Below, piece by piece: positions 25,701 to 38,905 of a stretch of DNA of 64,000 nt. Source of the DNA: the human T2T-CHM13v2.0 reference genome, Homo sapiens. The notes beneath the pieces are model-generated. The model was not told where the DNA came from. It ran no database searches and saw only the letters and a list, made by a program, of their open reading frames with translations. The first letter of the stretch is position 1. Every line of letters begins with the position of its first letter. The stretch lies in NCBI RefSeq assembly GCF_009914755.1, contig NC_060928.1, one strand, 5' to 3'. The translations under genes and the position numbers were made by a program.

Positions 25701-28700
25701 ACAGAGCCGTTTTAAAACACTCTTTTTGTGGAATCAGAAAGTGGATATTCGGATGGCTCTGAGGATTTCGTTGGAAGCGGGATTACATATAAAATCTAGA
25801 GAGAAGCATTCTCAGGAACATCTTTGTGATGTTTGCATTGAAGTCACAGAATTGAACATTCACTTTGATAGAGCAGGTTTGAAACACTCATTCTGTAGTA
25901 TCTGGAAGTGGACATTTCAAGCGCTTTCAGGCCTATGGTGAGAAAGGAAATATCTTCGAATAAAAACTAGACAGAAGCATCCTCAGAAACTTATTTGTGA
26001 TGTGTGTCCTCAACTAACAGAGTTGAAACTTTGTTTTGATACAGCATTTTGGAAACACTCTTTTTGTAGAATCTGCAGGTGGATATTTGGATAGCTTAGA
26101 GGGATTCGTTGGAAAGGGGATATCTTCATATAAAATCTAGACAGAAGCATTCTCAGAAACTTATTTGTGATGTGTGTCCTCAACTAACAGAGTTGAACCT
26201 TGGTTTTGATACAGCATTTTGGAAACGCTCCTTTTGTAGAATCTGCAGGTGGATATGTGGATAGCTCTGAAGATTTCGTTGGAAACGGGAATTTCTTCAT
26301 ATAAAATCAAACAGAAGCATTCTCAGAAACTTCTCAGTGATGTTTGCATTCAGCTCATGGAGTTGAACACTTCCTTTCATAGAACCGGTTTGAAACACTC
26401 TTTCTGCACTACCTGGAAGAGGACATTTCGAGCGCTTTGAGTCCTATGGTGAAAAAGGAAATATCTTCTCATAAAAACCAGAAAGAAGCATTCTCAGAAA
26501 CTTCTTTGTGTTGTGTGTACTCATGTAACAGTGTTGAACCATCCTTTTGACAGAGCAGTTTTGAAACACTCTTTTTGTAGAATCTGCAAGTGGATATTTG
26601 GATAGCTTTGAGGATTTCGTTGGAAACGGGATGACATATAATATCTAGAGAGAAGCATTCTCAGGAACTTCTTTGTGATGTTTGCATTCAAGTCACAGAA
26701 TTGAACATTCCCTTTCATAGAGCAGGTTTGAAACACTCTTTCTCTAGTATCTGGAAGTGGGCATTTCAAGCGCTTTCAGGCCTATGGAGAGAAAGGAAAT
26801 ACCTTCAAATAAAAACTAGACAGAAGCATTCTCAGAAACTTATTTGTGATGTGTGTCCTCAACTAACAGAGTTGAACCTTTGTTTTGATACAGCATTTTG
26901 GAAACACTCCTTTTGTAGAATCTGCAGGTGGATATTTGGATAACTTTGAAGATTTCGTTGGAAACCGGAATATCTTCATATAAAATCAAGACAGAAGCAT
27001 TCTCGGAAACATCTCTGTGATGTTTGCATTCAACTCAGTAGAGTTGAACACTTCCTTTCATAGAGCCGGTTTGAAACACTCTTTCTGCACTACCTGGAAG
27101 CGGACATTTCGAGCGCTTTGAGGCCTATGGTGAAAAAGGAAATATCTTCTCATAAAAACCAGAAAGAAGCATTCTCAGAAACTTCTTTGTGTTGTGTGTA
27201 CTCAAGTAACAGTGTTGAACCTTCCTTTTGACACAGCAGTTTTGAAACACTCTTTTGGTAGAATCTGCAAGTGGATATTTGGATAGCTTTGAGGATTTCG
27301 TTGGAAACGGGTTATCTTCATATAAAATCCAGACAGGAGCATTCTCAGAAACTTCTTTGTGCTGCATGTCCTCAATTCACAGAGCTGAACCTTTGTTTGG
27401 ATACAGCATTTTGGAAACATTCCTTTAGTAGAATCTGCAAGTTGATATTTAGATAGCTTTGAAGATTTCGTTGGAAACGGGAATATCTTCATAGAAAATC
27501 TAGACGGAAGCATTCTCAGAAACTGCTTTGTGATGTTTGCATTCAAGTCACAGAGTTGAATATTCCCTTTTATAGAGTAGGTTTGAAACACTCTTTCGGC
27601 ACTACCTGGAAGTGGATATTTCGAGCTCTTTGAGGCCTATGGTTAAAAGGAAATATCTTCCCATAAAAACTAGACAGAAGCCGTCTCAGAAACTTGTTTG
27701 TGATGTGTGTATTCAACTAACAGAGTTGAACATTTCTGTTACAGAGCAATTTTAAAACACTCTTTTTGTGGAATCTGAAAGTGGATAATTGGATAGCTTT
27801 GTGGATTTCGTTGGAAACGGGATGACGTATAAAATCTAGAGAGAAGCATACTCAGGAACTTCTTTGTGATGTTTGCATTCAAGTCACAGAATTGAACATT
27901 CCCTTTCATAGAGCAGGTTTGAAACACTCTTTCTCTAGTATCTGGAAGTGGGCATTTCAAGCGCTTTCAGGCCTATGGAGAGAAAGGAAATACCTTCAAA
28001 TAAAAACTAGACAGAAGCATTCTCAGAAACTTATTTGTGATGTGTGTCCTCAACTAACAGAGTTGAACCTTTGTTTTGATACAGCATTTTGGAAACACTC
28101 CTTTTGTAGGATCTGCAGGTGGATATTTGGATAGATTTTAAGATTTCGTTGGAAACGGGAGTTTCTTCATAGAAACTCAAGACAGATGCATTCTCAGAAA
28201 CATCTCTGTGATGTTTGCATTCCACTCATAGAGTTGAAAACTTCCTTTCATAGAGCAGGTTTGAAACACTCTTTTTGTAATATTTGGAACTGGACATTTG
28301 CAGCACTTTGAGGCCTATGGTGAAAAAGGAAATATCTTCTCATAAAAACCAGAAACAAGCATTCTCAGAAACTTCTTTTTGATGTGTGTACTCAAGTAAC
28401 AGAGTTGAACCTTCCTTTTGACACAGCAGTTTTGAAACAATCTTTTTGTAGAATCTGCAAGTGGATATTTGGATAGCTTTGAGGATTTCGTTGGAAACGG
28501 GATATCTTCATATAAAATCTAGACAGAAGCATTCTCAGAAACTTCTTTGTGCTGTATGCCCTCAATTAACAGAGTTGAACCATTGCTTGGATACAGCATT
28601 TTGGAAACATTCCTTTAGTAGATTCTGCAAGTTGATATTTAGATAGATTTGAAGATTTCATTGGAAAAGGGAATATCTCCATATAAAATCTAGAGGGAAG

Positions 28701-31700
28701 CATTCTCAGAAACTGCTTTGTGATGTTTCCATTCAAGTCACAGAGTTGAATATTCCCTTTTATAGAGCACGTTTGAAACACTCTTTCTGCACTATCTGGA
28801 AGTGGACATTTCGAGCGCTTTGAGGCCTATGGTGAAAAAGGAAATATCTTCCCATAAAAACTAGACAGAAGCATTCTCAGAAACTTGTTTGTGATGTGTG
28901 TATTCAACTAACAGAGTTGAACTTTTGTTTTTACAGAGCCGTTTTAAAACACTCTTTTTGTGGAATCAGAAAGTGGATATTCGGATGGCTCTGAGGATTT
29001 CGTTGGAAGCGGGATTACATATAAAATCTAGAGAGAAGCATTCTCAGGAACATCTTTGTGATGTTTGCATTGAAGTCACAGAATTGAACATTCACTTTGA
29101 TAGAGCAGGTTTGAAACACTCATTCTGTAGTATCTGGAAGTGGACATTTCAAGCGCTTTCAGGCCTATGGTGAGAAAGGAAATATCTTCGAATAAAAACT
29201 AGACAGAAGCATCCTCAGAAACTTATTTGTGATGTGTGTCCTCAACTAACAGAGTTGAAACTTTGTTTTGATACAGCATTTTGGAAACACTCTTTTTGTA
29301 GAATCTGCAGGTGGATATTTGGATAGCTTAGAGGGATTCGTTGGAAAGGGGATATCTTCATATAAAATCTAGACAGAAGCATTCTCAGAAACTTATTTGT
29401 GATGTGTGTCCTCAACTAACAGAGTTGAACCTTGGTTTTGATACAGCATTTTGGAAACGCTCCTTTTGTAGAATCTGCAGGTGGATATGTGGATAGCTCT
29501 GAAGATTTCGTTGGAAACGGGAATTTCTTCATATAAAATCAAACAGAAGCACTCTCAGAAACTTCTCAGTGATGTTTGCATTCAGCTCATGGAGTTGAAC
29601 ACTTCCTTTCATAGAACCGGTTTGAAACACTCTTTCTGCACTACCTGGAAGAGGACATTTCGAGCGCTTTGAGTCCTATGGTGAAAAAGGAAATATCTTC
29701 TCATAAAAACCAGAAAGAAGCATTCTCAGAAACTTCTTTGTGTTGTGTGTACTCATGTAACAGTGTTGAACCATCCTTTTGACAGAGCAGTTTTGAAACA
29801 CTCTTTTTGTAGAATCTGCAAGTGGATATTTGGATAGCTTTGAGGATTTCGTTGGAAACGGGATGACATATAATATCTAGAGAGAAGCATTCTCAGGAAC
29901 TTCTTTGTGATGTTTGCATTCAAGTCACAGAATTGAACATTCCCTTTCATAGAGCAGGTTTGAAACACTCTTTCTCTAGTATCTGGAAGTGGGCATTTCA
30001 AGCGCTTTCAGGCCTATGGAGAGAAAGGAAATACCTTCAAATAAAAACTAGACAGAAGCATTCTCAGAAACTTATTTGTGATGTGTGTCCTCAACTAACA
30101 GAGTTGAACCTTTGTTTTGATACAGCATTTTGGAAACACTCCTTTTGTAGAATCTGCAGGTGGATATTTGGATAACTTTGAAGATTTCGTTGGAAACCGG
30201 AATATCTTCATATAAAATCAAGACAGAAGCATTCTCGGAAACATCTCTGTGATGTTTGCATTCAACTCAGTAGAGTTGAACACTTCCTTTCATAGAGCCG
30301 GTTTGAAACACTCTTTCTGCACTACCTGGAAGCGGACATTTCGAGCGCTTTGAGGCCTATGGTGAAAAAGGAAATATCTTCTCATAAAAACCAGAAAGAA
30401 GCATTCTCAGAAACTTCTTTGTGTTGTGTGTACTCAAGTAACAGTGTTGAACCTTCCTTTTGACACAGCAGTTTTGAAACACTCTTTTGGTAGAATCTGC
30501 AAGTGGATATTTGGATAGCTTTGAGGATTTCGTTGGAAACGGGTTATCTTCATATAAAATCCAGACAGGAGCATTCTCAGAAACTTCTTTGTGCTGCATG
30601 TCCTCAATTCACAGAGCTGAACCTTTGTTTGGATACAGCATTTTGGAAACATTCCTTTAGTAGAATCTGCAAGTTGATATTTAGATAGCTTTGAAGATTT
30701 CGTTGGAAACGGGAATATCTTCATAGAACATCTAGACGGAAGCATTCTCAGAAACTGCTTTGTGATGTTTGCATTCAAGTCACAGAGTTGAATATTCCCT
30801 TTTATAGAGTAGGTTTGAAACACTCTTTCGGCACTACCTGGAAGTGGATATTTCGAGCTCTTTGAGGCCTATGGTTAAAAGGAAATATCTTCCCATAAAA
30901 ACTAGACAGAAGCCGTCTCAGAAACTTGTTTGTGATGTGTGTATTCAACTAACAGAGTTGAACATTTCTGTTACAGAGCAATTTTAAAACACTCTTTTTG
31001 TGGAATCTGAAAGTGGATAATTGGATAGCTTTGTGGATTTCGTTGGAAACGGGATGACGTATAAAATCTAGAGAGAAGCATTCTCAGGAACTTCTTTCTG
31101 ATGTTTGCATTCAAGTCACAGAATTGAACATTCCTTTTCATAGTGCAGGTTTGAAACACTCTTTCTGTAGTATCTGGAAGTGGACATTTCAAGCGCTTTC
31201 AGGCCTACGGGGAGAAAGGAAATATCTTCAAATAAAAACTAGACAGAAGGATTCTCAGAAACTTATTTGTGATGTGTGTCCTAAACGAACACAGTTGAAC
31301 CTTTGTTTTGATACAGCATTTTGGAAACACTCCTTTTGTAGGATCTGCAGGTGGATATTTGGATAGATTTTAAGATTTCGTTGGAAACGGGAGTTTCTTC
31401 ATAGAAACTCAAGACAGATGCATTCTCAGAAACATCTCTGTGATGTTTGCATTCCACTCATAGAGTTGAAAACTTCCTTTCATAGAGCAGGTTTGAAACA
31501 CTCTTTTTGTAATATTTGGAAGTGGACATTTGCAGCGCTTTGAGGCCTATGGTGAAAAAGGAAATATCTTCTCATAAAAACCAGAAACAAGCATTCTCAG
31601 AAACTTCTTTTTGATGTGTGTACTCAAGTAACAGAGTTGAACCTTCCTTTTGACACAGCAGTTTTGAAACAATCTTTTTGTAGAATCTGCAAGTGGATAT

Positions 31701-34700
31701 TTGGATAGCTTTGAGGATTTCGTTGGAAACGGGATATCTTCATATAAAATCTAGACAGAAGCATTCTCAGAAACTTCTTTGTGCTGTATGTCCTCAATTA
31801 ACAGAGTTGAACCATTGCTTGGATACAGCATTTTGGAAACATTCCTTGAGTAGAATCTGCAAGTTGATATTTAGATAGATTTGAAGATTTCGTTGGAAAA
31901 GGGAATATCTCCATAGAAAATCTAGAGGGAAGCATTCTCAGAAACTGCTTTGTGATGTTTCCATTCAAGTCACAGAGTTGAATATTCCCTTTTATAGAGC
32001 ACGTTTGAAACACTCTTTCTGCACTATCTGGAAGTGGACATTTCGAGCGCTTTGAGGCCTATGGTGAAAAAGGAAATATCTTCCCATAAAAACTAGACAG
32101 AAGCATTCTCAGAAACTTGTTTGTGATGTGTGTATTCAACTAACAGAGTTGAACTTTTGTTTTTACAGAGCCGTTTTAAAACACTCTTTTTGTGGAATCA
32201 GAAAGTGGATATTCGGATGGCTCTGAGGATTTCGTTGGAAGCGGGATTACATATAAAATCTAGAGAGAAGCATTCTCAGGAACTTCTTTGTGATGTTTGC
32301 ATTGAAGTCACAGAATTGAACATTCACTTTGATAGAGCAGGTTTGAAACACTCATTCTGTAGTATCTGGAAGTGGACATTTCAAGCGCTTTCAGGCCTAT
32401 GGTGAGAAAGGAAATATCTTCGAATAAAAACTAGACAGAAGCATCCTCAGAAACTTATTTGTGATGTGTGTCCTCAACTAACAGAGTTGAAACTTTGTTT
32501 TGATACAGCATTTTGGAAACACTCTTTTTGTAGAATCTGCAGGTGGATATTTGGATAGCTTAGAGGGATTCGTTGGAAAGGGGATATCTTCATATAAAAT
32601 CTAGACAGAAGCATTCTCAGAAACTTATTTGTGATGTGTGTCCTCAACTAACAGAGTTGAACCTTGGTTTTGATACAGCATTTTGGAAACGCTCCTTTTG
32701 TAGAATCTGCAGGTGGATATGTGGATAGCTCTGAAGATTTCGTTGGAAACGGGAATTTCTTCATATAAAATCAAACAGAAGCATTCTCAGAAACTTCTCA
32801 GTGATGTTTGCATTCAGCTCATGGAGTTGAACACTTCCTTTCATAGAACCGGTTTGAAACACTCTTTCTGCACTACCTGGAAGAGGACATTTCGAGCGCT
32901 TTGAGTCCTATGGTGAAAAAGGAAATATCTTCTCATAAAAACCAGAAAGAAGCATTCTCAGAAACTTCTTTGTGTTGTGTGTACTCATGTAACAGTGTTG
33001 AACCATCCTTTTGACAGAGCAGTTTTGAAACACTCTTTTTGTAGAATCTGCAAGTGGATATTTGGATAGCTTTGAGGATTTCGTTGGAAACGGGATGACA
33101 TATAATATCTAGAGAGAAGCATTCTCAGGAACTTCTTTGTGATGTTTGCATTCAAGTCACAGAATTGAACATTCCCTTTCATAGAGCAGGTTTGAAACAC
33201 TCTTTCTCTAGTATCTGGAAGTGGGCATTTCAAGCGCTTTCAGGCCTATGGAGAGAAAGGAAATACCTTCAAATAAAAACTAGACAGAAGCATTCTCAGA
33301 AACTTATTTGTGATGTGTGTCCTCAACTAACAGAGTTGAACCTTTGTTTTGATACAGCATTTTGGAAACACTCCTTTTGTAGAATCTGCAGGTGGATATT
33401 TGGATAACTTTGAAGATTTCGTTGGAAACCGGAATATCTTCATATAAAATCAAGACAGAAGCATTCTCGGAAACATCTCTGTGATGTTTGCATTCAACTC
33501 AGTAGAGTTGAACACTTCCTTTCATAGAGCAGGTTTGAAACACTCTTTCTGCACTACCTGGAAGCGGACATTTCGAGCGCTTTGAGGCCTATGGTGAAAA
33601 AGGAAATATCTTCTCATAAAAACCAGAAAGAAGCATTCTCAGAAACTTCTTTGTGTTGTGTGTACTCAAGTAACAGTGTTGAACCTTCCTTTTGACACAG
33701 CAGTTTTGAAACACTCTTTTGGTAGAATCTGCAAGTGGATATTTGGATAGCTTTGAGGATTTCGTTGGAAACGGGTTATCTTCATATAAAATCCAGACAG
33801 GAGCATTCTCAGAAACTTCTTTGTGCTGCATGTCCTCAATTCACAGAGCTGAACCTTTGTTTGGATACAGCATTTTGGAAACATTCCTTTAGTAGAATCT
33901 GCAAGTTGATATTTAGATAGCTTTGAAGATTTCGTTGGAAACGGGAATATCTTCATAGAACATCTAGACGGAAGCATTCTCAGAAACTGCTTTGTGATGT
34001 TTGCATTCAAGTCACAGAGTTGAATATTCCCTTTTATAGAGTAGGTTTGAAACACTCTTTCGGCACTACCTGGAAGTGGATATTTCGAGCTCTTTGAGGC
34101 CTATGGTTAAAAGGAAATATCTTCCCATAAAAACTAGACAGAAGCCGTCTCAGAAACTTGTTTGTGATGTGTGTATTCAACTACCAGAGTTGAACATTTC
34201 TGTTACAGAGCAATTTTAAAACACTCTTTTTGTGGAATCTGAAAGTGGATAATTGGATAGCTTTGTGGATTTCGTTGGAAACGGGATGACGTATAAAATC
34301 TAGAGAGAAGCATTCTCAGGAACTTCTTTCTGATGTTTGCATTCAAGTCACAGAATTGAACATTCCTTTTCATAGTGCAGGTTTGAAACACTCTTTCTGT
34401 AGTATCTGGAAGTGGACATTTCAAGCGCTTTCAGGCCTACGGGGAGAAAGGAAATATCTTCAAATAAAAACTAGACAGAAGGATTCTCAGAAACTTATTT
34501 GTGATGTGTGTCCTAAACGAACACAGTTGAACCTTTGTTTTGATACAGCATTTTGGAAACACTCCTTTTGTAGGATCTGCAGGTGGATATTTGGATAGAT
34601 TTTAAGATTTCGTTGGAAACGGGAGTTTCTTCATAGAAACTCAAGACAGATGCATTCTCAGAAACATCTCTGTGATGTTTGCATTCCACTCATAGAGTTG

Positions 34701-37700
34701 AAAACTTCCTTTCATAGAGCAGGTTTGAAACACTCTTTTTGTAATATTTGGAAGTGGACATTTGCAGCGCTTTGAGGCCTATGGTGAAAAAGGAAATATC
34801 TTCTCATAAAAACCAGAAACAAGCATTCTCAGAAACTTCTTTTTGATGTGTGTACTCAAGTAACAGAGTTGAACCTTCCTTTTGACACAGCAGTTTTGAA
34901 ACAATCTTTTTGTAGAATCTGCAAGTGGATATTTGGATAGCTTTGAGGATTTCGTTGGAAACGGGATATCTTCATATAAAATCTAGACAGAAGCATTCTC
35001 AGAAACTTCTTTGTGCTGTATGTCCTCAATTAACAGAGTTGAACCATTGCTTGGATACAGCATTTTGGAAACATTCCTTGAGTAGAATCTGCAAGTTGAT
35101 ATTTAGATAGATTTGAAGATTTCGTTGGAAAAGGGAATATCTCCATATAAAATCTAGAGGGAAGCATTCTCAGAAACTGCTTTGTGATGTTTCCATTCAA
35201 GTCACAGAGTTGAATATTCCCTTTTATAGAGCACGTTTGAAACACTCTTTCTGCACTATCTGGAAGTGGACATTTCGAGCGCTTTGAGGCCTATGGTGAA
35301 AAAGGAAATATCTTCCCATAAAAACTAGACAGAAGCATTCTCAGAAACTTGTTTGTGATGTGTGTATTCAACTAACAGAGTTGAACTTTTGTTTTTACAG
35401 AGCCGTTTTAAAACACTCTTTTTGTGGAATCAGAAAGTGGATATTCGGATGGCTCTGAGGATTTCGTTGGAAGCGGGATTACATATAAAATCTAGAGAGA
35501 AGCATTCTCAGGAACTTCTTTGTGATGTTTGCATTGAAGTCACAGAATTGAACATTCACTTTGATAGAGCAGGTTTGAAACACTCATTCTGTAGTATCTG
35601 GAAGTGGACATTTCAAGCGCTTTCAGGCCTATGGTGAGAAAGGAAATATCTTCGAATAAAAACTAGACAGAAGCATCCTCAGAAACTTATTTGTGATGTG
35701 TGTCCTCAACTAACAGAGTTGAAACTTTGTTTTGATACAGCATTTTGGAAACACTCTTTTTGTAGAATCTGCAGGTGGATATTTGGATAGCTTAGAGGGA
35801 TTCGTTGGAAAGGGGATATCTTCATATAAAATCTAGACAGAAGCATTCTCAGAAACTTATTTGTGATGTGTGTCCTCAACTAACAGAGTTGAACCTTGGT
35901 TTTGATACAGCATTTTGGAAACACTCCTTTTGTAGAATCTGCAGGTGGATATGTGGATAGCTCTGAAGATTTCGTTGGAAACGGGAATTTCTTCATATAA
36001 AATCAAACAGAAGCATTCTCAGAAACTTCTCAGTGATGTTTGCATTCAGCTCATGGAGTTGAACACTTCCTTTCATAGAGCCGGTTTGAAACACTCTTTC
36101 TGCACTACCTGGAAGAGGACATTTCGAGCGCTTTGAGTCCTATGGTGAAAAAGGAAATATCTTCTCATAAAAACCAGAAAGAAGCATTCTCAGAAACTTC
36201 TTTGTGTTGTGTGTACTCATGTAACAGTGTTGAACCATCCTTTTGACAGAGCAGTTTTGAAACACTCTTTTTGTAGAATCTGCAAGTGGATATTTGGATA
36301 GCTTTGAGGATTTCGTTGGAAACGGGATGACATATAATATCTAGAGAGAAGCATACTCAGGAACTTCTTTGTGATGTTTGCATTCAAGTCACAGAATTGA
36401 ACATTCCCTTTCATAGAGCAGGTTTGAAACACTCTTTCTCTAGTATCTGGAAGTGGGCATTTCAAGTGCTTTCAGGCCTATGGAGAGAAAGGAAATACCT
36501 TCAAATAAAAACTAGACAGAAGCATTCTCAGAAACTTATTTGTGATGTGTGTCCTCAACTAACAGAGTTGAACCTTTGTTTTGATACAGCATTTTGGAAA
36601 CACTCCTTTTGTAGAATCTGCAGGTGGATATTTGGATAACTTTGAAGATTTCGTTGGAAACCGGAATATCTTCATATAAAATCAAGACAGAAGCATTCTC
36701 GGAAACATCTCTGTGATGTTTGCATTCAACTCAGTAGAGTTGAACACTTCCTTTCATAGAGCAGGTTTGAAACACTCTTTCTGCACTACCTGGAAGCGGA
36801 CATTTCGAGCGCTTTGAGGCCTATGGTGAAAAAGGAAATAGCTTCTCATAAAAACCAGAAAGAAGCATTCTCAGAAACTTCTTTGTGTTGTGTGTACTCA
36901 AGTAACAGTGTTGAACCTTCCTTTTGACACAGCAGTTTTGAAGCACTCTTTTGGTAGAATCTGCAAGTGGATATTTGGATAGCTTTGAGGATTTCGTTGG
37001 AAACGGGTTATCTTCATATAAAATCCAGACAGGAGCATTCTCAGAAACTTCTTTGTGCTGCATGTCCTCAATTCACAGAGCTGAACCTTTGTTTGGATAC
37101 AGCATTTTGGAAACATTCCTTTAGTAGAATCTGCAAGTTGATATTTAGATAGCTTTGAAGATTTCGTTGGAAACGGGAATATCTTCATAGAAAATCTAGA
37201 CGGAAGCATTCTCAGAAACTGCTTTGTGATGTTTGCATTCAAGTCACAGAGTTGAATATTCCCTTTTATAGAGTAGGTTTGAAACACTCTTTTGGCACTA
37301 CCTGGAAGTGGATATTTCGAGCTCTTTGAGGCCTATGGTTAAAAGGAAATATCTTCCCATAAAAACTAGACAGAAGCCGTCTCAGAAACTTGTTTGTGAT
37401 GTGTGTATTCAACTAACAGAGTTGAACATTTCTGTTACAGAGCAATTTTAAAACACTCTTTTTGTGGAATCTGAAAGTGGATAATTGGATAGCTTTGTGG
37501 ATTTCGTTGGAAACGGGATGACGTATAAAATCTAGAGAGAAGCATTCTCAGGAACTTCTTTGTGATGTTTGCATTCAAGTCACAGAATTGAACATTCCCT
37601 TTCATAGAGCAGGTTTGAAACACTCTTTCTCTAGTATCTGGAAGTGGGCATTTCAAGCGCTTTCAGGCCTATGGAGAGAAAGGAAATACCTTCAAATAAA

Positions 37701-38905
37701 AACTAGACAGAAGCATTCTCAGAAACTTATTTGTGATGTGTGTCCTCAACTAACAGAGTTGAACCTTTGTTTTGATACAGCATTTTGGAAACACTCCTTT
37801 TGTAGGATCTGCAGGTGGATATTTGGATAGATTTTAAGATTTCGTTGGAAACGGGAGTTTCTTCATAGAAACTCAAGACAGATGCATTCTCAGAAACATC
37901 TCTGTGATGTTTGCATTCCACTCATAGATTTGAAAACTTCCTTTCATAGAGCAGGTTTGAAACACTCTTTTTGTAATATTTGGAAGTGGACATTTGCAGC
38001 GCTTTGAGGCCTATGGTGAAAAAGGAAATATCTTCTCATAAAAACCAGAAACAAGCATTCTCAGAAACTTCTTTTTGATGTGTGTACTCAAGTAACAGAG
38101 TTGAACCTTCCTTTTGACACAGCAGTTTTGAAACAATCTTTTTGTAGAATCTGCAAGTGGATATTTGGATAGCTTTGAGGATTTCGTTGGAAACGGGATA
38201 TCTTCATATAAAATCTAGACAGAAGCATTCTCAGAAACTTCTTTGTGCTGTATGTCCTCAATTAACAGAGTTGAACCATTGCTTGGATACAGCATTTTGG
38301 AAACATTCCTTGAGTAGAATCTGCAAGTTGATATTTAGATAGATTTGAAGATTTCGTTGGAAAAGGGAATATCTCCATAGAAAATCTAGAGGGAAGCATT
38401 CTCAGAAACTGCTTTGTGATGTTTCCATTCAAGTCACAGAGTTGAATATTCCCTTTTATAGAGCACGTTTGAAACACTCTTTCTGCACTATCTGGAAGTG
38501 GACATTTCGAGCGCTTTGAGGCCTATGGTGAAAAAGGAAATATCTTCCCATAAAAACTAGACAGAAGCATTCTCAGAAACTTGTTTGTGATGTGTGTATT
38601 CAACTAACAGAGTTGAACTTTTGTTTTTACAGAGCCGTTTTAAAACACTCTTTTTGTGGAATCAGAAAGTGGATATTCGGATGGCTCTGAGGATTTCGTT
38701 GGAAGCGGGATTACATATAAAATCTAGAGAGAAGCATTCTCAGGAACTTCTTTGTGATGTTTGCATTGAAGTCACAGAATTGAACATTCACTTTGATAGA
38801 GCAGGTTTGAAACACTCATTCTGTAGTATCTGGAAGTGGACATTTCAAGCGCTTTCAGGCCTATGGTGAGAAAGGAAATATCTTCGAATAAAAACTAGAC
38901 AGAAG

